From a virus: a stretch of 64,000 nt of DNA. A program made the position numbers and the translations under genes. Under the pieces are notes generated by a model. It was given only the letters and a program-made list of their open reading frames with translations, was not told where the DNA came from and did no database searches. Shown piece by piece: positions 47,084-56,176 of this stretch (its first letter is position 1; each line of letters begins with the position of its first letter). The DNA is taken from the IMG/VR virus record IMGVR_UViG_3300017917_003583, positions 1-64,000 of that record; one strand, 5' to 3'.

Positions 47084-47295
47084 TGTGAACCCTCCTCTGT
47101 CCAACGGTGGCCACAATCGGCACAAGTGAATTCAGTCCAGTAGCGGTCACTGGAGCGATCATAGTTGCCGGTATCGGCACGGTGTTGCTTTTCAACATTG
47201 GCATGCGGGCACTGTTGTTGTAGAGCGGCGATGCCCTCACGAGCCCGATCAATACGAGCTTGGAGTTGTTGATAACGTTTGCGTATGGTGGCCAT
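47080..47295 (-). CDS. zinc-ribbon protein
   Basis: CPH...CADCGH; ATGA-coupled. Confidence 0.4.
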   Translation of the reverse strand: MATIRKRYQQLQARIDRAREGIAALQQQCPHANVEKQHRADTGNYDRSSDRYWTEFTCADCGHRWTEEGSQ

Positions 47296-47296
47296 G

Positions 47297-47530
47297 TTAT
47301 TCCAGTTCAGGTACTTGGGTCAATTCCACTTCGCGGCGAATGTAGGTGGCGCTTTCCATTTGCAGCACGATACCAGCACTGTGGCGCCATTGTTCTTGAC
47401 TCATGCCCAAATAGCTCAGACCCAAGCAGTGCCAAGCATTGTGCAATTCCGCCAGATTCATGGTGGGTGCAGCCAGCCTGAACTCACGGGCGCGTTGCTT
47501 GAATTCTTCCCAGGTGCATTCCAGCGTCAT
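47297..47530 (-). CDS. hypothetical small protein
   Basis: Promoter P13 upstream. Confidence 0.45.
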   Translation of the reverse strand: MTLECTWEEFKQRAREFRLAAPTMNLAELHNAWHCLGLSYLGMSQEQWRHSAGIVLQMESATYIRREVELTQVPELE

Positions 47531-47559
47531 GATTGACTCCGATATCTAGATGATACCTT

Positions 47560-47589
47560 AGTATAGCACATTGTGGAGATTCTAGTCAA
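47560..47589 (-). promoter_or_regulatory. promoter P13 (TTGACT-18-TATACT)
   Basis: Drives 47297..47530. Confidence 0.55.
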
Positions 47590-47822
47590 CTGCGATTTCG
47601 AAGGGGCCGTTTGGGTGCAAACTCCTGGGCAGCATACCAGCGGCTGAGTTCACGCTGCACCAGCGATGTGAGATCACCGCCGTGATCGTCGGGCACCACA
47701 AATTGATACGGGCAGTGCGCCCAGGTACCAGTCACAGCAAATTCATAAAACCAAGCCCGATGCTGGGCGTCGGCAACATCAAAAACCATCCAGGGACGAC
47801 TGCGAACTTGCAAAATGCTCAT
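47586..47822 (-). CDS. hypothetical small protein
   Basis: 78-aa ORF. Confidence 0.35.
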   Translation of the reverse strand: MSILQVRSRPWMVFDVADAQHRAWFYEFAVTGTWAHCPYQFVVPDDHGGDLTSLVQRELSRWYAAQEFAPKRPLRNRS

Positions 47823-48385
47823 GATCCAATTCCAAAGTATTGATAGTGAGTGTCAAGATTCCAGGTGTCAAAATCAACCGGAGTTCCATCGTGTGTGTGC
47901 ACAGTGATGCCCAGCGAAGCATATCGCTTCCAGAACCAGTAGATGTCTGGTGTGGTACTGCCAAGTTTGGTACTGTTGAGTGTCATGTGTTTGCTCTTGC
48001 TGAGTTGGCAGGTGGGAATGTTCAGTGCCTCGTCCACAGTGATTCGCCCGTACAGCAACAGGTCTCGCGCCACACTGGCTGGGATCACATGCTCGAACTC
48101 CGCTGGGTCAGTGGCGTTGAGGCCTGCTTCACGATAGTGAGCACCAATGTTTTCTTTGATGCTGTAGCCCTGGTATCGACGCAGCAAAAAATCCATGCCG
48201 TCACGAACCAGTCGTGCAGTTTGTCCTTCCACTTGCAGGCGCGCGTACATGGCCATCAGCAGCCGGAGACCACGCGAGCAGAAGCGATAGGTCTCGTCGT
48301 AGCTGGCGCCGCCGCGGCGCACTGGGGTGGGTTTCTTTTGTGCAAACCCACTGACCCTTTCCATCAATGGTTTTGTGTTAGACAT
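47819..48385 (-). CDS. hypothetical protein
   Basis: 188-aa ORF, ATGA-coupled. Confidence 0.45.
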   Translation of the reverse strand: MSNTKPLMERVSGFAQKKPTPVRRGGASYDETYRFCSRGLRLLMAMYARLQVEGQTARLVRDGMDFLLRRYQGYSIKENIGAHYREAGLNATDPAEFEHVIPASVARDLLLYGRITVDEALNIPTCQLSKSKHMTLNSTKLGSTTPDIYWFWKRYASLGITVHTHDGTPVDFDTWNLDTHYQYFGIGS

Positions 48386-49569
48386 CAGAACAAGTCCTTG
48401 ACATCAGGTTGGTACACCGAGAACGGTTGCTTGGGGAATCGGAACCCAGCAGCCTGACGTGGTACCCAAGTCTTGACCAACTGGTGCCAGAAAAACGCCA
48501 GGCCTTGAGGGGTGTTTTTGCTGTTGCGCGGAGCCTCGGGCCACAGATGCTTGGGAATGCCTTTGTTGGCCTTGTTGTAGGCGTTGAGGTTGGCTTGATG
48601 AGCCACTTCCCAGAACACACCTTTGGCATCAAAGTTGGCGTCAAACATGTCGATACAGTGTTGCGCAAGGTCTTGAATTTCAGCGTCGGTGTAGTGAATA
48701 TCTTGCTGTTCACACAGGTTCAGGAATTCCATGATGATGGGAATTTCCTTGGAATTGATGGCTCGTTGCTGCATGCCAACCACATATTGGCCATACACCG
48801 CAAACTGACGCACCACTTCCACACTGGAATCTTCGATCTCGTTGAGACGACTAATGGCGCCCACTTGGTCGGTGTCGTTGAATTTTTCTGCAGTGAGGAA
48901 CAAGCCAGCTGCCGCCAGGTGCTTCCATTTGGCGTGCGCTGCCACCCACTCGGGCTCGGTCACACCGTCAACCTCGACACCGTAGATCATTTGTTGAAAA
49001 ATGTCAATGATGTCCAGGGCCTTTTTGCCAGCATTCTTGCCCACTGTGGTGTTGTTGTTGATGAAGTTGCTGCGAATCTGGGCGCGGCTGAGAATGTTGT
49101 ACACATTGACCGGGACTTCCACGTCCTCAAACTTCATGCCCAGGCCTTGCACCGCAATGAGGTACAATGCCAGGCTGGTGTGTTGCCCGTCCCAGGCGCC
49201 GTAGCCGGTGGGGGTGGCATACACCTGAATCGGCTGTGCCTGATATGCGCGGAAGTTTTCGATAATGGTAATCAACCACTGCAGATTGGGCTCGCGCTGC
49301 ATGGTGGTGTCGATCTGAATGTCCTTGAGCCGGCCCATGATGCTCTTGCACAAGCGAAAGTTGGGATCGGCAATGCTGGTGATGCCGGGGTTGTTTTGTT
49401 TGAACGTTTGCAACGCCTTGGTCAAGCGACTGTGCCAGTTGCGCTGTGCCTGCACAGGCAGCGCTGCCACAGTTTGGTTGAGACGCTGTACCAGGTCCAC
49501 CAGGTTGGAAGAAGTGTTTTGAAAACGAGCGTTGCGCTGATCAGCGTAGGTGGGAATAGCAGTAGCCAT
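48385..49569 (-). CDS. hypothetical protein with DGQHR-like (ParB/DndB-superfamily) motif
   Basis: YATPTGYGAWDGQHTSLALYL; start at MATAIPT; promoter P14 upstream. Confidence 0.4.
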   Translation of the reverse strand: MATAIPTYADQRNARFQNTSSNLVDLVQRLNQTVAALPVQAQRNWHSRLTKALQTFKQNNPGITSIADPNFRLCKSIMGRLKDIQIDTTMQREPNLQWLITIIENFRAYQAQPIQVYATPTGYGAWDGQHTSLALYLIAVQGLGMKFEDVEVPVNVYNILSRAQIRSNFINNNTTVGKNAGKKALDIIDIFQQMIYGVEVDGVTEPEWVAAHAKWKHLAAAGLFLTAEKFNDTDQVGAISRLNEIEDSSVEVVRQFAVYGQYVVGMQQRAINSKEIPIIMEFLNLCEQQDIHYTDAEIQDLAQHCIDMFDANFDAKGVFWEVAHQANLNAYNKANKGIPKHLWPEAPRNSKNTPQGLAFFWHQLVKTWVPRQAAGFRFPKQPFSVYQPDVKDLF

Positions 49570-49660
49570 GTGAGTCTTTCGTTCGTGGCCATCGATCAGT
49601 GTCAACCCCATGTCAACACTGACCTATTGAGGCCAGCCGGTAAACGTTTACCGTATGTGT

Positions 49661-49690
49661 ATTATACGACCAAGCCCGGATTGTGTGCAA
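49661..49690 (-). promoter_or_regulatory. promoter P14 (TTGCAC-18-TATAAT)
   Basis: Drives 48385..49569; the -35 is embedded in a GCCCGG/CCGGGC hairpin. Confidence 0.55.
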
Positions 49691-49716
49691 CCCGGGCCTG
49701 ATCTAGTGTTGTGATT

Positions 49717-50484
49717 TTACAACACACGCACAGCAACTTCTTGGTGGTCGCTGGCATATCCAATGTACTCGTATCGCACCTGGTGTGCTGCACAGTGTTC
49801 CTGCCAAGCACGATACTCATGCTTGCGCCAGGTGGCATGGTTCCAGTACTCGTTGAACAAGATCACAGTGCCCGGAACAATGTGCTGAGCAAACGCATTC
49901 AACACGGTCTGGGTACTGGAGTACAGGTCAGCATCAAGATGCAGCAAGGCAATGGGACGCTTGAGTTCTTGGGCGAACTTTGCTGCGGTGAACTCATCAA
50001 CAGTGGACTGATCCTGTGGCGGACGCGCACCAAACCAACCCTGCACCAAACGACAGTTGGGCTTGACATCGGGCAAGGGCTGCGCAAAGTGACCAGCTGG
50101 CAAGTCGTTGAATGCTTCGGGCAAGCCCTGCCAACTGTCAAAGCCCACAATTTCATGATCAGGCAACCAGTGTGCAAACTGGTTCAGAGTTCGTCCAGTT
50201 GCGGTGCCAAACTCCAGTATCACACCTTGACTCAGCAATTTGGGATCCAGCTGTGTTGTGGTGACCCAGTGATACAAGTCATAGTCGGTCACGCAGTCTC
50301 GCAGATCCTCAAGGTTGTTGTCCACCATGTACTGCCAAGTGGTTTCGGTGCCACGTAGTCGTCCCATGTGCCGAATGTTCATGACATCGGTGTGGTAGCC
50401 AAGGTCTTTGAGTGTTTGGCTATTTTCGCCATACCGCTGGCGCTGCAACTCTCGATCAAGTGCTCGGTGCTCGTTTGGATTCAT
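49717..50484 (-). CDS. class I SAM-dependent methyltransferase (TylF/MycF-like O-methyltransferase fold)
   Basis: ILEFGTATGRT SAM-binding loop, LHLDADLYSST, and ILFNEY. ATG at 50484; the ORF-track start is TTG. Confidence 0.65.
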   Translation of the reverse strand: MNPNEHRALDRELQRQRYGENSQTLKDLGYHTDVMNIRHMGRLRGTETTWQYMVDNNLEDLRDCVTDYDLYHWVTTTQLDPKLLSQGVILEFGTATGRTLNQFAHWLPDHEIVGFDSWQGLPEAFNDLPAGHFAQPLPDVKPNCRLVQGWFGARPPQDQSTVDEFTAAKFAQELKRPIALLHLDADLYSSTQTVLNAFAQHIVPGTVILFNEYWNHATWRKHEYRAWQEHCAAHQVRYEYIGYASDHQEVAVRVL

Positions 50485-50503
50485 AAAAACTTTCAAAATA
50501 ATG

Positions 50504-50737
50504 TCAGGCCCAGGTCAACAAAAAGGCCAATTGGTCGCGTTCATCCTTGAAGTGGAAAGTGTACACCCAAGCGCCTGTAACGGCAGTGCTGGCTTCAGTG
50601 TCCACCTCCCAGCGCCACTCGCCGGTGCATTGCGATTGACACCACGCCAACAAGCGGGACAGTGTGCCATAAGGTTTGCATACCTGTGTTTGATATGCAA
50701 ACACCTCGGTGTCAATTGATTCAGCATGCCAGTGCAT
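50504..50737 (-). CDS. small protein, LRW-family-like outlier
   Basis: LAWCQSQCTGEWRW...DERDQLAFLLTWA resembles the array family; no RBS found. Confidence 0.3.
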   Translation of the reverse strand: MHWHAESIDTEVFAYQTQVCKPYGTLSRLLAWCQSQCTGEWRWEVDTEASTAVTGAWVYTFHFKDERDQLAFLLTWA

Positions 50738-50785
50738 GCATATAATTATGGCTGCGGGGCACAACCATAAAAATATGCCAAGTCA

Positions 50786-51886
50786 TTATAGCAGATCCAC
50801 CCGCTCCCATGGCAAGTGATCTTTGCCAAAGTGACCATAATTGGTGGTCGAGCTGTAGATGGGCCGGAACAGGTTAAAACGCTCGATGATACCCGCTGGT
50901 GTCAGGTCCACAAGGCCAGAAATCTTGTTGGTCAACTGTCTGCTAAGGGCAGCATCGTGAGTTTCTATATAGAAACTCATGGGTTGCTTGACGCCGATTG
51001 CATAGCTGACCTGGCATGTGGCCCAGGGTGCAGCACCACTGGCCACAATGTTCTTGGCAATGTATCGCATCATGTATGCTGCCGAGCGATCCACCTTGGT
51101 GGGATCCTTGCCCGAGAAGGCGCCACCACCATGCGGAGCGTAGCCACCGTAGGTGTCCACAATGATCTTGCGTCCGGTCACACCTGCATCGCCGTCGGGT
51201 CCGCCAATCACAAATCGTCCAGTGGGGTTGATGTAGAACTCGGTGTTGTTATCCACGTATTTCCCGGGCAGGAGAGCACGAATCATGGATTCCACTGCAC
51301 CACGCACCAGTTCAATATCCACGGCGTCACTGTGCTGAGTGCTGCATACCACCTTGGCAATACGCACCGGAACATTGTTGTCATCGTACTCAAACGTGAC
51401 CTGACTCTTGGCGTCTGGGCCCAGCCATTCAACTGTGCCATTGCGTCGCTGGCGAGCCAGCATGTCCACGATTCTGTGGCTCCAGTAGATGGCCGACGGC
51501 ATGTAGTTTTCGGTTTCATTGCAGGCATAGCCAAACATGAGACCTTGATCCCCGGCACCAAAGCTGTCAGTGCCCAGGGCGATGTCAGCAGATTGTCCGT
51601 GCAAGAGATTGGTCAGTTCCAGATTCTGCCAGTGGAATCCCGACTGCTCATATCCAATGCGCCGGACTGTTTCTCGCACGGCAGTTTCGACTTGGTCAAA
51701 ATCCAATGCACCTTTGTACTCTCCAGCCAGGACCACACGGTTGGTGGTCACCAGGGTTTCGCAGGCACACCGGTACGCAGGATTTTGATGCTGCATGACC
51801 AGATCCAACACTGCATCACTGATGGCATCGGCCACTTTGTCTGGGTGTCCTTCGGACACTGATTCTGATGTAAACAAATAACTCAT
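50786..51886 (-). CDS. metK: S-adenosylmethionine synthetase
   Basis: MSYLFTSESVSEGHPDKVADAISDAVLD N-terminus plus GGGAFSGKDPTKVDRS. Start at 51886 with AAAGGAA RBS. Confidence 0.85.
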   Translation of the reverse strand: MSYLFTSESVSEGHPDKVADAISDAVLDLVMQHQNPAYRCACETLVTTNRVVLAGEYKGALDFDQVETAVRETVRRIGYEQSGFHWQNLELTNLLHGQSADIALGTDSFGAGDQGLMFGYACNETENYMPSAIYWSHRIVDMLARQRRNGTVEWLGPDAKSQVTFEYDDNNVPVRIAKVVCSTQHSDAVDIELVRGAVESMIRALLPGKYVDNNTEFYINPTGRFVIGGPDGDAGVTGRKIIVDTYGGYAPHGGGAFSGKDPTKVDRSAAYMMRYIAKNIVASGAAPWATCQVSYAIGVKQPMSFYIETHDAALSRQLTNKISGLVDLTPAGIIERFNLFRPIYSSTTNYGHFGKDHLPWERVDLL

Positions 51887-51932
51887 GGGTTCCTTTTGGT
51901 TGAATTGAATGTTGCTGGCAACATGTGATTTA

Positions 51933-52638
51933 TTATTCCATGCCCAACAGCTGAAGTTTGTGGGCTTCGTAATAGCTGACGCCAGGCTGGCCGGGCATGC
52001 TTGAATGTCTGATCCACTCGGCTTTGACTCGGATGCGATTTGCCCGGTAGATGCTGCTGAGCAATTGAGTATGCTCTGGGCTGGTGCTCTTGACCATGAA
52101 CGGCGCGCCAGTTTCGGTATCACGGTACCAAAACACCGCGGTTTTGCTTTTGGAGGGATGGGTGCGAGTGTTTTTGCGATAGGGGCTGTACCAGGTCACT
52201 GGGGTTAGATCCACAGTGCTGTTGACCAGCAGGGCCGTGAGTGGAGTGCACACTGACATCACATGGTCGATACAGCGGTCTTCGTGATAAAAGTAAGGCA
52301 GCAAAACTGCCATGCCATGATCCACAGGATCCAGGGTCAATTCTTCGTTAAACCAGGCCAGGGCCTTGGTTCTAAACTCACTCAGTGTGTGCCCGCGCAG
52401 AGCTTGAATGGTCCACTTGTCCTGAAAGTAGCGGCGAACCATGTGTGCCACTTCTTCGAGAGTTTTGTCCTTTAGATCTGGCAGTGGTGTGCCCGGGCAG
52501 TTGCCAAGGTATGCTGACACACCGTCGATCATCATGGATTCCATGGTGGTGGAGTTTTTTCTAAACACACTGACGTCGTCATCCAAGTCCGCCGAAGGAT
52601 TCTGGAGCGTGATGGTCAGCTTGGAAAACACAGTGTTC
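51933..52638 (-). CDS. hypothetical protein
   Basis: Start at MNTVFSK. Confidence 0.45.
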
Positions 52639-52644
52639 ATGGCA

Positions 52645-53382
52645 TCAATGGTATAGACTTTGGAAGTAGACTCCAAACAAGCGGAATCCGTTTTGCATTC
52701 TTTTGTTCATGTGGTCCAATCCCGCTTGGTCGCACTGCAGGGTATGGCCAGGCCCATGGTCCATGCGATAGTATCGATGCTGACCTCGTGGCACTTCGTT
52801 GCCCTGGGCATCAACTGGAGTCCACTTGATGTCCGATTCACCTGAATAGAATTTGTCTTCGCGATTGGGATCCAACAAGGTTTCAAACGCCCAGATCATT
52901 TCGCCCAGCACCCAGTCCCAGCGAGCATGGTGGTTGTCGTCAATGTCCCAGTCTTTGGCCTTGGGCGGTGCCGCGGTGCTGCGCAGGTGTTCGGGCACAT
53001 CCGAATCCTCCACAAATGGCGATCCTTGCTTGAGCTGTTGAACCTGCCGCAGCATGGGCAATGTGACCAGAGCCAAGGTGTGATCCATGCTCCAGGTGTC
53101 GCTTCTGCTGATGTGCACATACTGAACTTCGGGATGCACACGATCCCATACCCAGCGGATGGCCTCACACACGGGCGTGAGTCGATCAGCCCAGCGATCC
53201 ACCCACTCGGGGCGTTCCACAAAATGCGATGGCTCGTTGGTCATGGTTCGCAGCGAGTCCATCGCAACCTCCCGGGGGCTCCAGCGGCTGCAACGGCTCC
53301 AGGGTGTCCAGAAAAATATCCGGTCAAGAATGGTGTAGGGCGAGATCCAGTGATCTCTGGGTCCAGAAAGATATACTCGCAT
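52645..53382 (-). CDS. hypothetical protein
   Basis: Start at MRVYLSG; TAATG-coupled. Confidence 0.45.
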   Translation of the reverse strand: MRVYLSGPRDHWISPYTILDRIFFWTPWSRCSRWSPREVAMDSLRTMTNEPSHFVERPEWVDRWADRLTPVCEAIRWVWDRVHPEVQYVHISRSDTWSMDHTLALVTLPMLRQVQQLKQGSPFVEDSDVPEHLRSTAAPPKAKDWDIDDNHHARWDWVLGEMIWAFETLLDPNREDKFYSGESDIKWTPVDAQGNEVPRGQHRYYRMDHGPGHTLQCDQAGLDHMNKRMQNGFRLFGVYFQSLYH

Positions 53383-53591
53383 TACCAGGTGCTCACATCT
53401 GTTATGTCGTAGGTCAAGGTTTGGCTGCCTTGGGTCCATTCCAGCACATGGCCCACGCCAATTCCACTGGAGTGATATTCAGTTATTGTAACTTCTTGTG
53501 CTGGCTGATACAAGTTGTACCACACCACAATCTGTTCGATTTGAGCACGGGTCAGAGTCACCGACGAATTCACTGTTTTTTTAGTTGCCAT
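53382..53591 (-). CDS. hypothetical small protein
   Basis: TGGAGA RBS. Confidence 0.45.
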   Translation of the reverse strand: MATKKTVNSSVTLTRAQIEQIVVWYNLYQPAQEVTITEYHSSGIGVGHVLEWTQGSQTLTYDITDVSTW

Positions 53592-53749
53592 GTGCCGTCT
53601 CCAAGGTCCACCCAGGTCAGCACATCACCCTCCTGCCATCCCTGACTGGCTATCACCTCAGCCGGCAGAGTGATCATGGCATGACCCGATTCGTCATACT
53701 CCACGGTCAGAGTCCAGGAGTTCACACTGTCACTGTCTTGAGTTTCCAT
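53570..53749 (-). CDS. small AbrB/MazE-like (swapped-hairpin) DNA-binding protein, putative
   Basis: GHAMITLPAEVIASQGWQEGDVLTW; AAGGA RBS. Confidence 0.35.
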   Translation of the reverse strand: METQDSDSVNSWTLTVEYDESGHAMITLPAEVIASQGWQEGDVLTWVDLGDGTWQLKKQ

Positions 53750-53876
53750 TCTTGGGTCCTTGTTTCGTGCCCTGCATACCCACGTGGATTGCACACCACA
53801 CGGGTCTGACCAATCATGTAGTCAAAATCCTCATGAGTATGTCCGTGTATAAATAGTATACTGTTGAAGTTGATAT

Positions 53877-54578
53877 ATGTCAAAGAGTATTCGCCCTATC
53901 CATCTCTATATAAAAACCCATAATAAAACAGGGTTAAAATATTTTGGCAAGACTACCAAAGAAAACGCCCACAAGTATCCAGGGTCCGGCAAGCATTGGC
54001 GAGCACATTTAGAAAAACACGGTTACGATTACTCGACAGAAATTGTCGGAACCTATACAGACAAAATCGAGTGCCAGTCCGCTGCTATAGAGTTTAGTGA
54101 GAAAAATAATATTGTGGAATCTGCAGAATGGGCCAACTTAATAGTTGAGAGCTTAGACGGCGGAGACACTAGCAACACTCAGGGCTACAAAGATTCATTT
54201 CATAAAATTATCGAAAATGGAAAAAAATCTAAATGGTGGAATAATGGATCGCATCAAACTTTTTCAGAATTTCCGCCTGACGAAACTTATATTCGAGGAA
54301 GATTGCCATTTAACAATACAGGGGCAAAAATAGGAACAGACGTGCAAAGAGGCAAGATTTGGATCAACAACAGGATAGAAGAACTAATGATAGCACCTGC
54401 AGAAGAAATTCCTCCGGGGTTCTCCCCTGGCAGACTACCGGCGACTGCATTTGCCGGCGGTAGCGGCAGGCATTCGCCCCTGGGGTCAAGATGGTGGAAC
54501 AACGGTGTTGTTAGCAAAATGTCAGTTGCTTGCCCGGGTTCGAATTATGTCCCGGGCAGATTGCGCCGAGCATCTTAA
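53877..54578 (+). CDS. GIY-YIG homing endonuclease
   Basis: IHLYIKTHNKTGLKYFGKTTK...HWRAHLEKHG; exact TATAAATA at 53847..53854 upstream. Confidence 0.8.
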   Translation: MSKSIRPIHLYIKTHNKTGLKYFGKTTKENAHKYPGSGKHWRAHLEKHGYDYSTEIVGTYTDKIECQSAAIEFSEKNNIVESAEWANLIVESLDGGDTSNTQGYKDSFHKIIENGKKSKWWNNGSHQTFSEFPPDETYIRGRLPFNNTGAKIGTDVQRGKIWINNRIEELMIAPAEEIPPGFSPGRLPATAFAGGSGRHSPLGSRWWNNGVVSKMSVACPGSNYVPGRLRRAS

Positions 54579-55537
54579 TCCCACCGGACCCCATCAAACT
54601 TGGCAGGTAGATTATCCAAATCTACTGTTTTGAGTTTGAACGTGCTGGCCGCTTCTTCGTGCCCAATATACCCGCGGGGGTTGCATACCACAAGGGTGTC
54701 ACCAACATAGTAACTGTGTCTGTTGTGCACATGCCCGCATGTCCACAGTCGGATCTGCGGGTGATCCTCAATGAACTGGTCCAAGTTGCTGCTGTAGCCG
54801 CCGTTCATGATGGTGTCATGTGCATAGCGCGGGTGAGTGCTCTGCCGGCTGGGCGCATGATGCCCCACAACCACAAACTTGCGGTCCCAGTGCCCTTCGG
54901 TCATGAGTCGAATGTATTCCAACATGTGTTGATGTTCCAGCATGGCATCGTCGGGCGTGAACTTGGCCGGCCGGGTGCGAAACACTGTGCGGTACCGGTC
55001 AGTCTCGGGCCGTTCCAGCCACTCAGAATCAGTCATGCCCACTGGCTTGTCAATGTTGTCGTAGGTGCGGTAGGACACCATGCGGTTGCTGTTCTTCACG
55101 CACACAAAGTCGTTCATCATTTTGCTCATGTGCTGCAGAGTCAGCGCATCACCGCCGTTCATGTCGGTCCACAGTGTGCCGCCAATGAAGGTCACATCAT
55201 CCAGCACACGGCACTCGCGTTCCAGGATGGACACGTTGTCCAGATAACTCAGCACCGATTTCAAGTGCTGGTGGGTGTGAGCGAAGTCGCCGTTGTAGTG
55301 CTCGTGATTGCCCATGACATAGATCACATGGCCAAACTGTGCCGCGCAGCGCTGCATGAAATCATGATAGCGGTTGCTGCGGTATTCGGGGCCCATGATG
55401 CCGTGTGGGTCCCGCTGTGTGATGTCGACACCAACCAAGATGTCGCCACTCAGCACCAGCACGTCGGCTTGGTCTGTGTTGGTGATTTCCAAATCACCAA
55501 ACTCCAGATGCACGTCACTTGCGATGGAGATTTTCAT
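54575..55537 (-). CDS. calcineurin-like metallophosphoesterase
   Basis: ISIASDVHLEFG, VLVLSGD, GNHEHY, VVGHHAP, and CGHVHNRH metal-ligand motifs. Confidence 0.75.
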   Translation of the reverse strand: MKISIASDVHLEFGDLEITNTDQADVLVLSGDILVGVDITQRDPHGIMGPEYRSNRYHDFMQRCAAQFGHVIYVMGNHEHYNGDFAHTHQHLKSVLSYLDNVSILERECRVLDDVTFIGGTLWTDMNGGDALTLQHMSKMMNDFVCVKNSNRMVSYRTYDNIDKPVGMTDSEWLERPETDRYRTVFRTRPAKFTPDDAMLEHQHMLEYIRLMTEGHWDRKFVVVGHHAPSRQSTHPRYAHDTIMNGGYSSNLDQFIEDHPQIRLWTCGHVHNRHSYYVGDTLVVCNPRGYIGHEEAASTFKLKTVDLDNLPAKFDGVRWD

Positions 55538-55902
55538 TGTGTTTGAGCCTTGGTTTGAGTTTTGAGCCACTCCAGCACATCGGCATCGCCTTCGGTGACC
55601 ACAGCTGCCTGGCCTGGATAGCGTTGTTCAAGATGCTGTTGCAGTTGCGCCAAATCGGCACCCTGGGCCACGAATGTGCCATCGTCCACACGGAAGGTGT
55701 AAAGCACATCATTGTGGCGTTCCAGACGCAGGCGCAGGCGCGTGTCGGCTGCGGGAGCCTTCTCCTCGTCTGCTTCGCCCTTCATGATCGCTGCCAGTTC
55801 GGGTATTTCTCGCAACAGCCGCCGAATTCGCAGCGCCAGCAGGGTGGCATGACCCACGACGCCCGCAATCACACCCAGAGCAAAAACCAAAAACAGTTCC
55901 AT
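55534..55902 (-). CDS. membrane protein
   Basis: N-terminal TM helix; GCGAGG RBS. Confidence 0.4.
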   Translation of the reverse strand: MELFLVFALGVIAGVVGHATLLALRIRRLLREIPELAAIMKGEADEEKAPAADTRLRLRLERHNDVLYTFRVDDGTFVAQGADLAQLQQHLEQRYPGQAAVVTEGDADVLEWLKTQTKAQTQ

Positions 55903-55903
55903 A

Positions 55904-56176
55904 TCAGCCTCGCAGTCGTTCCAAAGAAATAATCCGGCACAGTTCCTGATCAAAATCGTAATCGTCGGGGATCACATACACACGCTCGTCATGCCGATCA
56001 CGAGCACGGTCAAACTGGGTCACTGTGACAATGGTGCCGCCCACAGCTGGTGTCACACGCAGATTCATGCCTGGAGAGTCCCAGCGCAGGACGTCCGTGA
56101 TCTTGGCCCCTCCCGATTTGACATCGGCCTCATTCTGGTGCAGCCGTCGTCGAACATAGTTCCAAAACCACTTCAT
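55904..56176 (-). CDS. hypothetical small protein
   Basis: Start at MKWFWNY; ATGA-coupled. Confidence 0.4.
   Translation of the reverse strand: MKWFWNYVRRRLHQNEADVKSGGAKITDVLRWDSPGMNLRVTPAVGGTIVTVTQFDRARDRHDERVYVIPDDYDFDQELCRIISLERLRG

Noticed and set aside
50785-50813. TATAAT hexamer overlapping the metK stop codon as a possible promoter for 50504..50737
   Set aside because: No acceptable -35 at 17-18 bp (GCCATG/TGCCAT), unlike the 17 strong promoters elsewhere.
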